Source: Clostridiales bacterium (lineage in GTDB: Bacteria > Bacillota > Clostridia > Acetivibrionales > RGIG10202). Taken from it: a stretch of DNA of 64,000 bases. Location: assembly GCA_017961515.1 (NCBI GenBank), contig JAGCXC010000028.1, forward strand, positions 6,853-70,852, given 5' to 3'. Position 1 is the stretch's first letter, and the number at the start of each line of letters is the position of its first letter. Shown here one piece after another: positions 40,590-49,910 of this stretch. The notes beneath the pieces were generated by a model. That model did no database searches, was not told where the DNA came from, and saw nothing but the letters and a program-made list of their open reading frames with translations. The position numbers were made by a program, and so were the translations under genes.

Positions 40590-41732
40590 CTATATATCAA
40601 CATCGTTATTATCAATAGCACTGATACCGTAATGTAAAGAAGAAAAAAGAATCTTCTTTTGTGCTTCATCTTCTGTAGCTGCGATTTTTTCTAGTAACTT
40701 AGATACAAATAACCCGCGAAGCCCAGGCTCTTTAGCCAAGGATTCCCAATCGTAATCAGGTGTAGTCGCATCAACAAAATTAAAATAGAAAAATTCATAA
40801 AAAAGAGAATTATATATATATCCTGAATCTAGTGCTACATCGCGAGGAACAAATCCAAGAAGCTTAAGTTGCATCAGTGTAGCCTTGGGATTCTCGAGTG
40901 TAGGCAGGATAGAATTCTTTATTTTGTCTATTACAAACATATCGTTGTCTATAAATGGTAAGTTTAGTTCAATATTTTTGTAGTACGATACGTTGGTTGG
41001 TATAAATTTCGCATCTACTTTAAGAGATGATGTTTTATCTATCGTTACAAGGAATACGCCATGTTCACCTTCTTCATCAAAACCTAAGGGATCCGGGCTA
41101 CCAGGATTGTACACATTACCACTTATAAATTTATTGTGAAAATGACCAATACCTATGTAATCCATATTTAGTTCCTCAAGATATGGCATGTAGAGTGGAT
41201 TGTATTTAGTTTCAGCAAATTCCATATTAAATGTTCCGTGAGTTAATAAAATATTTATACCCTTATTGTTTAATGGATCAAAGTTAGGTACCGTACTTTC
41301 AGATTCTTCAAAATCACAAAAACTAGATCCGTATATATATGTATCAAATTCATCTATATATGCATAGCTTATATGTTTTTTAAATACAACAACATTTTCT
41401 TCCCAGTCGTAACTTGCATAATGTGAGTTATTTATAAAAGGATCATGATTACCACAGACTAAAAATATTTTCGCATTGGGTAACTTTTTAAAACCTTCGT
41501 TAATAAAATTTATGGTTGACATAGTAACATATTTATGTTCAAATAAGTCCCCACATACGAACAAACAATTCACTTCCTCACGTACGGCAATATCGATAAT
41601 ATTTGAAAAGACATCCTTTAGTGCCTGATTTCTAGTCTCGGCCAAAGTACTAGGCAACGAAGAGAATGGACAATCTAAATGAATGTCTGCACAATGCAAA
41701 AATTTAATTTTTCTTACTACTTTTGTATCCAT
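40590..41732 (-). CDS. SbcD/Mre11-like metallophosphoesterase nuclease (YhaO-like)
   Basis: FLHCADIHLD, VCGDLFE, CGNHD, LTHG and IGHFH calcineurin-fold motifs in the canonical order. RBS AGGAGTG precedes ATG 41732. Confidence 0.8.
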   Translation of the reverse strand: MDTKVVRKIKFLHCADIHLDCPFSSLPSTLAETRNQALKDVFSNIIDIAVREEVNCLFVCGDLFEHKYVTMSTINFINEGFKKLPNAKIFLVCGNHDPFINNSHYASYDWEENVVVFKKHISYAYIDEFDTYIYGSSFCDFEESESTVPNFDPLNNKGINILLTHGTFNMEFAETKYNPLYMPYLEELNMDYIGIGHFHNKFISGNVYNPGSPDPLGFDEEGEHGVFLVTIDKTSSLKVDAKFIPTNVSYYKNIELNLPFIDNDMFVIDKIKNSILPTLENPKATLMQLKLLGFVPRDVALDSGYIYNSLFYEFFYFNFVDATTPDYDWESLAKEPGLRGLFVSKLLEKIAATEDEAQKKILFSSLHYGISAIDNNDVDI

Positions 41733-41856
41733 TAAAAAAATCACTCCTTTTAGGTTTACAACAATAATTATAATATGAAATGGAAGTATAGACAAGTATA
41801 ATTTTTGTGCAAATGGCACAAAATAACAGTTATCAATTGCATGGAGGTAGGTTTAC

Positions 41857-43170
41857 ATGAACAAAAAAATTATAGCAACATTAGCTATTTTTATAGCTTT
41901 ATTGTCGGGAGTTTTAGTGTATGAGTATAGGGATATAAAAAAATTGAGAGGCGAATTGAATAATAATTATAATAGGGCATTTTACGATATGATGGGTTAC
42001 GTGGATAACATAAAGACTATAATGACAAAGGCAGTGGTTTTTAAAACATGTCCTAAAAGCTCGAATTTTTTGGAGGAGATATGGCATAAAGCTAATATGG
42101 CACAGGAAAATTTAAATATGATACCCATAGAGGAAGCAACATTAAAAAAAACGTCAAAGTATTTAAATCAGGTGGGGGATTTTGCATATTCTTTGAACAA
42201 GCAAAGTCTTAATAAAAAAGATTTAACACAAGATCAACAAAAAACATTACAGAAATTAAAAACATATTCAGAGGTATTGATGCACTCTTTAAAGGAGATG
42301 GAGCAAGATATAAATGATGGGAAATTTCGATGGAGTAATTTACGAAGATTGAATAAGAATGTTCCAGCAGTTGATTATTTGGGCGATATACAAAAGAATT
42401 TTCAAGATTATCCAACCTTAATATATGATGGACCGTTTTCTGATCATGTGGACAATATAAAGCCAAAGGGTTTAGTCGGAAAGAAAATTTCAAAAGATAG
42501 GGCAAGAGATGTTGTAAAAAAATTTTTGGGTGATAAAGCCAAGGATATTAAATACGTTGGCACAACAAAGGGATGGGTTGAAACATATAATTTTGAATTA
42601 CATTCTCCAAATGATGAGATAACGTATGTGGACGTTACGAAAGTTGGTGGTAAAATATATTCAATGATTAGCAATAGAAGTATACGTAAAGCTAAGCTAA
42701 ATATAGATGAAGCCAAAGAAAAGGCTGAAACTTTTTTAAAAAAAAGAGGTTATAAAGATATGGTTGACACTTACTATATAAATGAAGATAATGTCGCAAC
42801 AATAAATTATGCATTCAAAAAAGATGATGTAATATGCTATCCTGATTTAATTAAGGTGAAAGTAGCATTGGATACAGGTGATGTGGTTGGTTTTGAGGCA
42901 GGAGGATATATCGCATCACATATGGATAGGAATATAAAGGAAAGTAAAATTAAACTAGAGGAGGCTCGAGAAAAAATAAATGAGGATGTGAAAATTTTGA
43001 ATAGCAAAAGAGCAATAATTCCTACTGAATTAAAAACAGAGGTGTTAACATATGAGTTTTTGGGAAAATTGGGAGAAAATGATTTTTTAGTGTACATAAA
43101 CACTGAAACTGGAGAGGTTGAAAATGTGTTGATGATAATAGATACACCAAATGGAGTGCTAACAATGTAA
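41857..43170 (+). CDS. ypeB: Germination protein YpeB
   Basis: N-terminal anchor plus the YRDIKKLRGELNNNYNRAFYDMMGYVDNIK pattern, with C-terminal PepSY-like repeats. 437 aa. Confidence 0.7.
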   Translation: MNKKIIATLAIFIALLSGVLVYEYRDIKKLRGELNNNYNRAFYDMMGYVDNIKTIMTKAVVFKTCPKSSNFLEEIWHKANMAQENLNMIPIEEATLKKTSKYLNQVGDFAYSLNKQSLNKKDLTQDQQKTLQKLKTYSEVLMHSLKEMEQDINDGKFRWSNLRRLNKNVPAVDYLGDIQKNFQDYPTLIYDGPFSDHVDNIKPKGLVGKKISKDRARDVVKKFLGDKAKDIKYVGTTKGWVETYNFELHSPNDEITYVDVTKVGGKIYSMISNRSIRKAKLNIDEAKEKAETFLKKRGYKDMVDTYYINEDNVATINYAFKKDDVICYPDLIKVKVALDTGDVVGFEAGGYIASHMDRNIKESKIKLEEAREKINEDVKILNSKRAIIPTELKTEVLTYEFLGKLGENDFLVYINTETGEVENVLMIIDTPNGVLTM

Positions 43171-43423
43171 CCATTGCAAGTTTAAGAGAAAAAGAATGCC
43201 TAATAGATGAAAAAAAGCAGACATTCTTTTTTTTAGGCCATGAATTTTTATCTAACATTTAGCGAGAGTAATCTTAATTTATGTCCATAAAATTAAAAAA
43301 AAAGTAGTAATAAAAAATGGCGAGAATTTTCTTAAACTCTATAGTGATGGGATGAATTTCCCAAAAAGTTAGTCTTTACACAATAAGCGAAAACGTATAT
43401 AATAGTCTTTATGGAGTAAAAAA

Positions 43424-44389
43424 ATGAATGCAAAAGGAAGTGATCAAAAAATGATGGAATTTTTTATTACAAGGTCTGTAGGAGATTCGCTTAAGAAGAT
43501 TGATGTACTAGAAAAAAAAGCTTGGATAAATTTAATAGATCCTACAGAGGAAGAACTAAACTACTTACAGGAGACCCTAAATATTCTTCCTAATTTTTTG
43601 CGGGACCCTTTGGATGAAGAAGAACGTCCAAGAATAGACATTGAGGATGATCAAAAGTTAATTATTGTAGATATACCCATAGTATACGATACAGAGGAAG
43701 CTCTAAGGTTTGAGACAATACCGCTTGGTATATTGGTGTTAGATGAGCATATATTGACTATATGCCTTAAAGAGAGTCCAATAATAGAGGATTTTAAAAA
43801 TAGAAAAGTGCGTGATTTGTATACATTTATGAAAACAAGATTTACATTGCAAATTTTGCAAAGTGTGGCATCGGCTTATTTGAAAGATCTAAAACATATA
43901 GATAAAAAGACGGAAGCAATAGAAAAAAGTTTACATAAATCAACAGGTAATGAAGAGGTGTTTAAACAGCTAGAGTTAGAAAAAGGGCTAGTATTTTTTA
44001 GGACATCTCTAAAGTCAAATGAGATAGTTATGGAGAAATTATTGCGATGGAAACATCTTCGTATGTACGAAGAGGATCAGGATTTGTTAGAAGATGTAAT
44101 TATAGAGAATAAACAGGCGATAGAGATGGCCAATATATATAGTTCTATATTAAACAGTATGATGAATGCGTTTGCATCTATAATATCAAATAATTTGAAT
44201 ATAGTTATGAAGTTTTTGACTGCAGTTACTATAGTTTTATCTATACCGACTATGATATATAGTATGTACGGAATGAATGTTACGCTTCCACTACAGTATA
44301 ATAGTATGGGATTTACATACGTAATTATAATATCTATTGTCACTGCGCTTATAACGGCGAGATGGTTAGTAAAGAAGGGTATGTTTTAA
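43424..44389 (+). CDS. corA: CorA-family magnesium/cobalt transporter
   Basis: Cytoplasmic domain, then two C-terminal TM helices flanking the signature MYGMNV. Confidence 0.85.
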   Translation: MNAKGSDQKMMEFFITRSVGDSLKKIDVLEKKAWINLIDPTEEELNYLQETLNILPNFLRDPLDEEERPRIDIEDDQKLIIVDIPIVYDTEEALRFETIPLGILVLDEHILTICLKESPIIEDFKNRKVRDLYTFMKTRFTLQILQSVASAYLKDLKHIDKKTEAIEKSLHKSTGNEEVFKQLELEKGLVFFRTSLKSNEIVMEKLLRWKHLRMYEEDQDLLEDVIIENKQAIEMANIYSSILNSMMNAFASIISNNLNIVMKFLTAVTIVLSIPTMIYSMYGMNVTLPLQYNSMGFTYVIIISIVTALITARWLVKKGMF

Positions 44390-44582
44390 AAAAAATATAA
44401 AATTGAATAATAATACACTAAAAACTTTTGGTGATGTGGTAAATTACCATGTTTTGATTTGTTTTTTGTCGGTATGGTAAAAAAACTGAGGGGCACGAAA
44501 AATTGGTTTGCTCGTGCTTTAAATGTGTTTGTGCTAACGAACGAGAAATTTCTACCTTCTTAGGTTATGAAAATATATCAAT

Positions 44583-44613
44583 AAATGGTCAATAAAATTT
44601 TGATTGACCATTT
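44583..44613. terminator. Hairpin downstream of the LexA-like gene
   Basis: AAATGGTCAAT ... ATTGACCATTT, an 11-bp perfect stem with T-rich flanks on both strands. Confidence 0.5.
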
Positions 44614-44676
44614 GTTTGTCTAAAAAAAGACCCAACAATAGATATACTATCGCTGAGTATCCTAATTGTACAAAAA

Positions 44677-45318
44677 TTAAAACAATTGAATTTTAGAAAT
44701 AAGTTTTCCAATTACAACAACCTCATCTCTATCAAATACTTCCTTGTTAAGTAAGTTGCTGTCAGCCTTCAAAATAACCTTACTTTCATCATCTGGACAA
44801 TCAAAATAATATCTTAGTAAAAGATGATTGTCGTAGAAAACTAAAACAATGTCTTTATTTTGAAATTTGTTTGTAGAGTGTATTAACAAAGTATCACCAT
44901 ACTGCAAATGACTTTTTGTTAGACTATTATCTGGACAGTCTAAAAAGAAACTTTCACTTGCGACATCACCAAAAATATCAGCAGAAACAGGATGATATGC
45001 AACTATATTGTAAATAGTTAAAAAATCATCTATATTTCTCTTATTGATACGTCTTAATTCAGGTACATATATAACTCTTAGATACATTGAGTTAGACTCA
45101 ACTAACTTAATAGAACGAGCCACACCTAATTCCTTTTTTATAACGCCCTTATCTGCTAAGCGATTAATTATACCTTGCACGGCACCAGGAGTTTTCTCCC
45201 CTAAAATTTCCCCCAATTCCCTAACAGTTGGTGGGATCTTGTTTTCAGCTATAAAAGCTTCTATGGCCAAGTACGCCTCTTTTTGTTTTGCTGTTAAAGT
45301 AGTTAATTTATCATTCAT
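44677..45318 (-). CDS. LexA-like repressor (LexA DNA-binding domain plus degenerate S24 domain)
   Basis: N-terminus LTAKQKEAYLAIEAFIAENKIPPTVRELGEILGEKTPGAVQGIINRLADKGVI. An ungapped manual alignment of the C-terminus to E. coli LexA keeps the Ser (DNSL versus GMSM) but places Arg at Lys156 (LLLRY versus VTVKR). No Ala-Gly cleavage motif is present. Confidence 0.65.
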   Translation of the reverse strand: MNDKLTTLTAKQKEAYLAIEAFIAENKIPPTVRELGEILGEKTPGAVQGIINRLADKGVIKKELGVARSIKLVESNSMYLRVIYVPELRRINKRNIDDFLTIYNIVAYHPVSADIFGDVASESFFLDCPDNSLTKSHLQYGDTLLIHSTNKFQNKDIVLVFYDNHLLLRYYFDCPDDESKVILKADSNLLNKEVFDRDEVVVIGKLISKIQLF

Positions 45319-45814
45319 ACAAGATGCCTTCCTTTATAAAAATATTTACACTACTTAAGAATCTAAGTAAGATAGTGCTTAATTTCCTGCAATAAATGTC
45401 AAAAAAATCCATATAAAATATGAAAGATATGAAATTTAGACTATTTTTTGCTTTCTTGAGTTATTATATCAGTGCTTGTAGAATTTGTCAATAGTATAAA
45501 CAATTGAATTGAAAAAAAGTATGTTTTTTACTGGTATTTAACAGCTATAAATAGATTTTAGTAAAAAAATAAAAAAATATAAAAAATAACATAAAAAAGA
45601 AAAGCAGAAAATAATTTTAATGATAATAATCATAATAGACAAAATTAAAACATATTTAATCGATATTTTTTGAAAATTTCCCTGAAAAATAGTATAGATC
45701 CCAATAAGTTGAAATTATCAGTATATTAGTGTATAATGACAGAAATGAAAATAAACAGTAGGTTAACAAAGGAATAAGGTGGACTTCATTGTGGGAAAGA
45801 AAGGAAAGGTTTTT

Positions 45815-46477
45815 ATGAAGAAAGTTATGAAATTTGGAGTAATAGTTATGATAATTGTAATATTGGGACTTCCAGTTATGTTAAATTCATATGTTAAAAA
45901 TTCTACGGAACAACAAATTATTAACAGTAACGATTATTCCAATTTAAAGGATATTGATTGTATTGTTGTTTTGGGGGCAGGAGTATGGGGAGATTATCCA
46001 AGTCCAATATTAGAAGACAGATTATTAAAGGGAATAGAATTATATAAAAAAAATGTGTCACCTAAAATGATAATGAGTGGGGATCATAAAAATCCGGAAT
46101 ACGATGAAGTAAATATAATGAAAAATTTTGCTATAGGAAAAGGAGTTTTGTCAGAAGATATATTTATGGATCATGCAGGTTTTTCTTCTTATGAAAGTAT
46201 ATATAGAGCGAAAGAAGTGTTCAAAGCAAAGAAAATAGTGATAGTAACGCAAAAATATCATTTATACAGAGCTCTATATATAGCAAACAGTTTGGGAGTA
46301 GAGGCGTATGGAGTTGATGCGGATTCAAGACAATATTTTGGAGACGTTTATAGAGAGTTAAGAGAAGTATTGGCAAGAAATAAGGATTTTGTAAAGTGTG
46401 TTTTTAAGCCAAAATCTATATACATAGGAGATATTACACCAGTGAGTGGGAATGGAGATATTACCAATGATAGATAG
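45815..46477 (+). CDS. sanA: SanA/YdcF (DUF218) family protein
   Basis: N-terminal TM helix, then DCIVVLGAGVWG...SGDHKNPEYDEVNIM...VTQKYHLYRALYIA, the SanA pattern. Confidence 0.75.
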   Translation: MKKVMKFGVIVMIIVILGLPVMLNSYVKNSTEQQIINSNDYSNLKDIDCIVVLGAGVWGDYPSPILEDRLLKGIELYKKNVSPKMIMSGDHKNPEYDEVNIMKNFAIGKGVLSEDIFMDHAGFSSYESIYRAKEVFKAKKIVIVTQKYHLYRALYIANSLGVEAYGVDADSRQYFGDVYRELREVLARNKDFVKCVFKPKSIYIGDITPVSGNGDITNDR

Positions 46478-46802
46478 TTTTTTTCATGGTAGATAAATAA
46501 TTTTTGCAAAAAGAATAATTGAATAAGACTATAAAAAAAGTTTTCTACTACTTAGTGAAAATATATAAAAAAATATACAAAAAAAATTAAAATTAATATT
46601 GAATTTTAGTGTAAAATGTAATAGAATGAACAGGACGTCATATTAAAATATTGTAATTTAAGTATATTTTAGTATGTATAGGCAAGTTAAAACATAATAT
46701 GCAGGGTGAACAAATTCTAGAAAACGAAGGAATTCTTAAGGATTTGATAAATAACAGAACCCCAAAAGTCTTAACTTATTTTTATAGAAGGAGGAAGCAG
46801 TG

Positions 46803-48056
46803 ATGATCAGAAAAATTATGAACAAAGTAGGTTTGCCTTTATTGGTGATATCACTTATAGCTGGAGTGGGAGTCTTGACAGTAGGTTGCGGAAATTCGAA
46901 GGTTAATAAGAAGGTTGAGATTACATTTTGGGAGGAGGATGATCCAGGGAATGTAGATAAAGTATGGGATGAAATAATAAAAGATTTCGAATCCAAAAAT
47001 GAAAATATAAAAGTGGCTAGGTCACATATGACAATAGAGTCACTAAGGCAGAATTATCAGAATGCCGTTATAGGAGGGGGCGGTCCTTCTATAGTAGCGG
47101 GTCCAGATGATAATATTGGAATTTTTGGTGTAGCGAAAACAGCAGCTGATTTGGATAAGGTGTTTTCAAAAGACTTTTTAGAAAAAATAGACACTAAGCT
47201 GTTAGATGGTGCAAGGTTGAATGGAACGTTATATGGAATACCTTACATAACAGGAAATACAGTGGCGTTGCTTTATAATAAAGACATAGTAAAAGAAGCG
47301 CCAAAGACAATGAGTGAGCTAGTAGATAAAGCTAAAGCTTTTTCAGATGGAAAAGATAAGTTTGGTTTGGTTTTTGATATGACTGCTCCATATAATTACA
47401 TTGGGTTCTTAGGGGCATTTGGTGGATCAGTATTTGATAAAGATAACAATATTACATTGAATACATCAGAGATGAAAGAAACAGTTGAGTATTTATATGC
47501 ATTAAAGAGTGAGCATAAAATAATGCCAAGCGAGTGTGCGTATGATCAAGCAAGCAATTTATTCAAAACAGGAAATGCTGCATTTATAATAAATGGACCT
47601 TGGGCATTTGAAGAATATAAAAATGCGGGTATAAATTTAGGTATTACATGTATACCAAAAGTAGATAACAAGGATTATCCAACACCTTATGTAGCGTCTA
47701 AGGTACTTATGCTTAATAAGCACTTAACAGGAGAAAAATTAGATGCGGCAAGGAAGTTTGTGGAGTTTGTTTGTGATAAGGAAAATCAGTTAAAGTTTGT
47801 GCCAGTACTAAATGAATTACCAACTAATATAGAAGCAATAAAAGATTTGGAAAATTCATCAAATGCTGAGTTGATGCAATTAAAGGTTCAAATTGATAAA
47901 TGTGTTCCTATGCCAATAATAACTAAGATGAGAGCAGTTTGGGATGGAATGACACCTACATTCCAAAAAGTTTGGTCAGGTAAGATTAGTTCAGTTGCGG
48001 CAATTAAAGAGATGCAAAAAACTGCAGAAGATAAGGCTCGTGCCTTGGGAGAGTAA
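46803..48056 (+). CDS. Sugar ABC transporter substrate-binding lipoprotein (maltodextrin, MalE-like)
   Basis: Lipobox LTVGC. ITFWEEDD...GNTVALLYNKD...NGPWA pattern of family-1 SBPs. It heads an operon with two permeases and glucan enzymes. Confidence 0.8.
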   Translation: MIRKIMNKVGLPLLVISLIAGVGVLTVGCGNSKVNKKVEITFWEEDDPGNVDKVWDEIIKDFESKNENIKVARSHMTIESLRQNYQNAVIGGGGPSIVAGPDDNIGIFGVAKTAADLDKVFSKDFLEKIDTKLLDGARLNGTLYGIPYITGNTVALLYNKDIVKEAPKTMSELVDKAKAFSDGKDKFGLVFDMTAPYNYIGFLGAFGGSVFDKDNNITLNTSEMKETVEYLYALKSEHKIMPSECAYDQASNLFKTGNAAFIINGPWAFEEYKNAGINLGITCIPKVDNKDYPTPYVASKVLMLNKHLTGEKLDAARKFVEFVCDKENQLKFVPVLNELPTNIEAIKDLENSSNAELMQLKVQIDKCVPMPIITKMRAVWDGMTPTFQKVWSGKISSVAAIKEMQKTAEDKARALGE

Positions 48057-48146
48057 TAACTAAAATTCAAATTAAAACTAAGTGTGGAGAGTTTGGCCAC
48101 ACTTAGTTTTAACAAAGATGAAGACAAAAAAAGGAGGCTTTAGATT

Positions 48147-49025
48147 GTGATAGGTAGAAGTAAGATGCAACCATATTTATTGATGATACCTGCATTGTTA
48201 GTTTTACTAGTGATGATAGGTTATCCGCTGGTTTATGGAGTGGGTATATCATTAACAAATATGAATCTTGTAAATTTGATGCAAAGGCCTAATTTTAATG
48301 GTTTAGCGAACTATAAGGCGGTTTTAGCCGATGTGACCTTGTATAAGGATTTTATAAGGACAATAGTTTGGACCGTTGTAAATTTGTTTTTTTCAGTATC
48401 AATAGGGTTATTTCTAGCACTTGTATTAAATAGGAAACTTCCAGGGAAGAATTTTTTTAGAGTAATGCTTATGGTTCCTTGGGCAATACCACAATACATA
48501 GCAGTTTTAACATGGAAGAATATGTTTATGGCTCAATATGGAGCGATTTCGATATTCTTAGAAAGAATAGGGATAATAATTCCTTGGTTATCAGAGCCAA
48601 GATGGACATTTATCGCGGCGATAATTACAAATATTTGGTTAGGATTTCCTTTTATGATGGCTATATCACTAGGAGGATTACAGAGTATTCCAGCGGAAAT
48701 ATATGAGGCAGCAGAGTTAGACGGTGTTAATGCGTGGAATAAATTAAAAAACATTACTTTGCCGCTATTGAAGCCGGTATTAGTTCCTTCCATTATATTA
48801 AGTACAATGTGGACTTTTAATATGGTAAATGTAATATTTATCATGACCGCTGGTATAGAAAATGCTGAAACTGAAATATTAGTATCTAGAGTTTATAGGG
48901 AAGCATTTAATTATTATAACTATGGATCAGCAGCGGCAAAATCAGTTGTTATATTCTTGTTTTTAGCATTATTTTCATCGGTATTTATAAAGGCAAATAA
49001 TGGAGGAAAAGGGGTTGAAGATTAA
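48147..49025 (+). CDS. Sugar ABC transporter permease (MalF-like)
   Basis: Six TM helices and the EAA loop EIYEAAELDGVNAWNKLKNITLPLLKP. Confidence 0.85.
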   Translation: MIGRSKMQPYLLMIPALLVLLVMIGYPLVYGVGISLTNMNLVNLMQRPNFNGLANYKAVLADVTLYKDFIRTIVWTVVNLFFSVSIGLFLALVLNRKLPGKNFFRVMLMVPWAIPQYIAVLTWKNMFMAQYGAISIFLERIGIIIPWLSEPRWTFIAAIITNIWLGFPFMMAISLGGLQSIPAEIYEAAELDGVNAWNKLKNITLPLLKPVLVPSIILSTMWTFNMVNVIFIMTAGIENAETEILVSRVYREAFNYYNYGSAAAKSVVIFLFLALFSSVFIKANNGGKGVED

Positions 49026-49027
49026 AA

Positions 49028-49879
49028 ATGAGAAGTGAATATTTTAATAGAAATGACAAATTAGGTAAGATAGTGTTTTTTTATGCCATATTGATATTTA
49101 TGTGTTTTATATCTTTATACCCTTTAATGAATATTTTATCAGTGGCATTAAGGCCTGGAAGTATGTTGTATTCTAAGAGTTTGAGGATAATACCAGATAA
49201 TGCAACATTAGAGAATTTTAGAATAATATTATTTGAAAGAGATTTTTTTAATTGGTTGAAAAACAGTTTATTAGTTTCATTAGCTGCGACTATTATTACT
49301 ATATTGCTGTCAGTTACAGCAGCTTATGCATTTTCGAGGTATAAATTTAAGGGAAAAGGAGTGTTATTAACATCATTTTTGATAACACAGATATTTCCTG
49401 CGCCTATGTTGCTATTGCCAACATTTATACTACTTATAAATTTGCATTTTATAGGTCATCTTTGGTCGCTGGTAATCCCTTACGTTGCGACAGCAGTTCC
49501 TTTTTGTGTTTGGACGCTAAAAGGATTTTTTGATACAGTACCTATATCAATTGAAGAGAGTGCGTATGTAGATGGAGCCAATTTAAGACAAATATTTTTT
49601 AGAATAATAGTACCATTGTCGTTGCCAGCAATAGGGGTTGCAGCATTATTCGCATTTACTAATGCATGGAATGAGTATATTGTAGCGAGAGTAGTTTTAA
49701 CGACTGATTCTATGTATACATTGCCAATAGCACTTACTAATTTATCAGGGCAATTTAATACAGACTGGGGAGTTTTTGCTGCAGCAAGTTTAGTAACAGC
49801 GGTACCAGTTATTATTGTATTTATATCATTGTCTAAATTTATGATAAGTGGGTTGACATTGGGTGGAGTTAAAGGTTAG
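49028..49879 (+). CDS. Sugar ABC transporter permease (MalG-like)
   Basis: EAA loop IEESAYVDGANLRQIFFRIIVPLSLP. The start lies 3 nt after the preceding stop. Confidence 0.85.
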   Translation: MRSEYFNRNDKLGKIVFFYAILIFMCFISLYPLMNILSVALRPGSMLYSKSLRIIPDNATLENFRIILFERDFFNWLKNSLLVSLAATIITILLSVTAAYAFSRYKFKGKGVLLTSFLITQIFPAPMLLLPTFILLINLHFIGHLWSLVIPYVATAVPFCVWTLKGFFDTVPISIEESAYVDGANLRQIFFRIIVPLSLPAIGVAALFAFTNAWNEYIVARVVLTTDSMYTLPIALTNLSGQFNTDWGVFAAASLVTAVPVIIVFISLSKFMISGLTLGGVKG

Positions 49880-49910
49880 ACAGTAGAACTTAGGAGGAGA
49901 CAGAAGAGAA

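Noticed and set aside
43171-43423. Looked for an M-box magnesium riboswitch upstream of corA
   Set aside because: The region has only a weak terminator-like hairpin (AAGAATG...CATTCTT plus a T-run) and AT-rich spacer, with nothing matching a structured 160-nt element.
44400-44580. Alternative hairpins (GGCACGA...TCGTGCT and CTCGT...ACGAG) that resemble an attenuator
   Set aside because: The region lies downstream of both convergent genes (corA and the LexA-like gene), so there is nothing to attenuate. The stems are short, and I saw no convincing promoter for an sRNA.
45319-45778. The 460-bp ORF-free AT-rich region between the LexA-like gene and sanA: possible CRISPR, ncRNA or SOS box
   Set aside because: It has no direct repeats of CRISPR size, no GAAC-N4-GTTC box and no stable hairpins. 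It is most simply a pair of divergent promoter regions.
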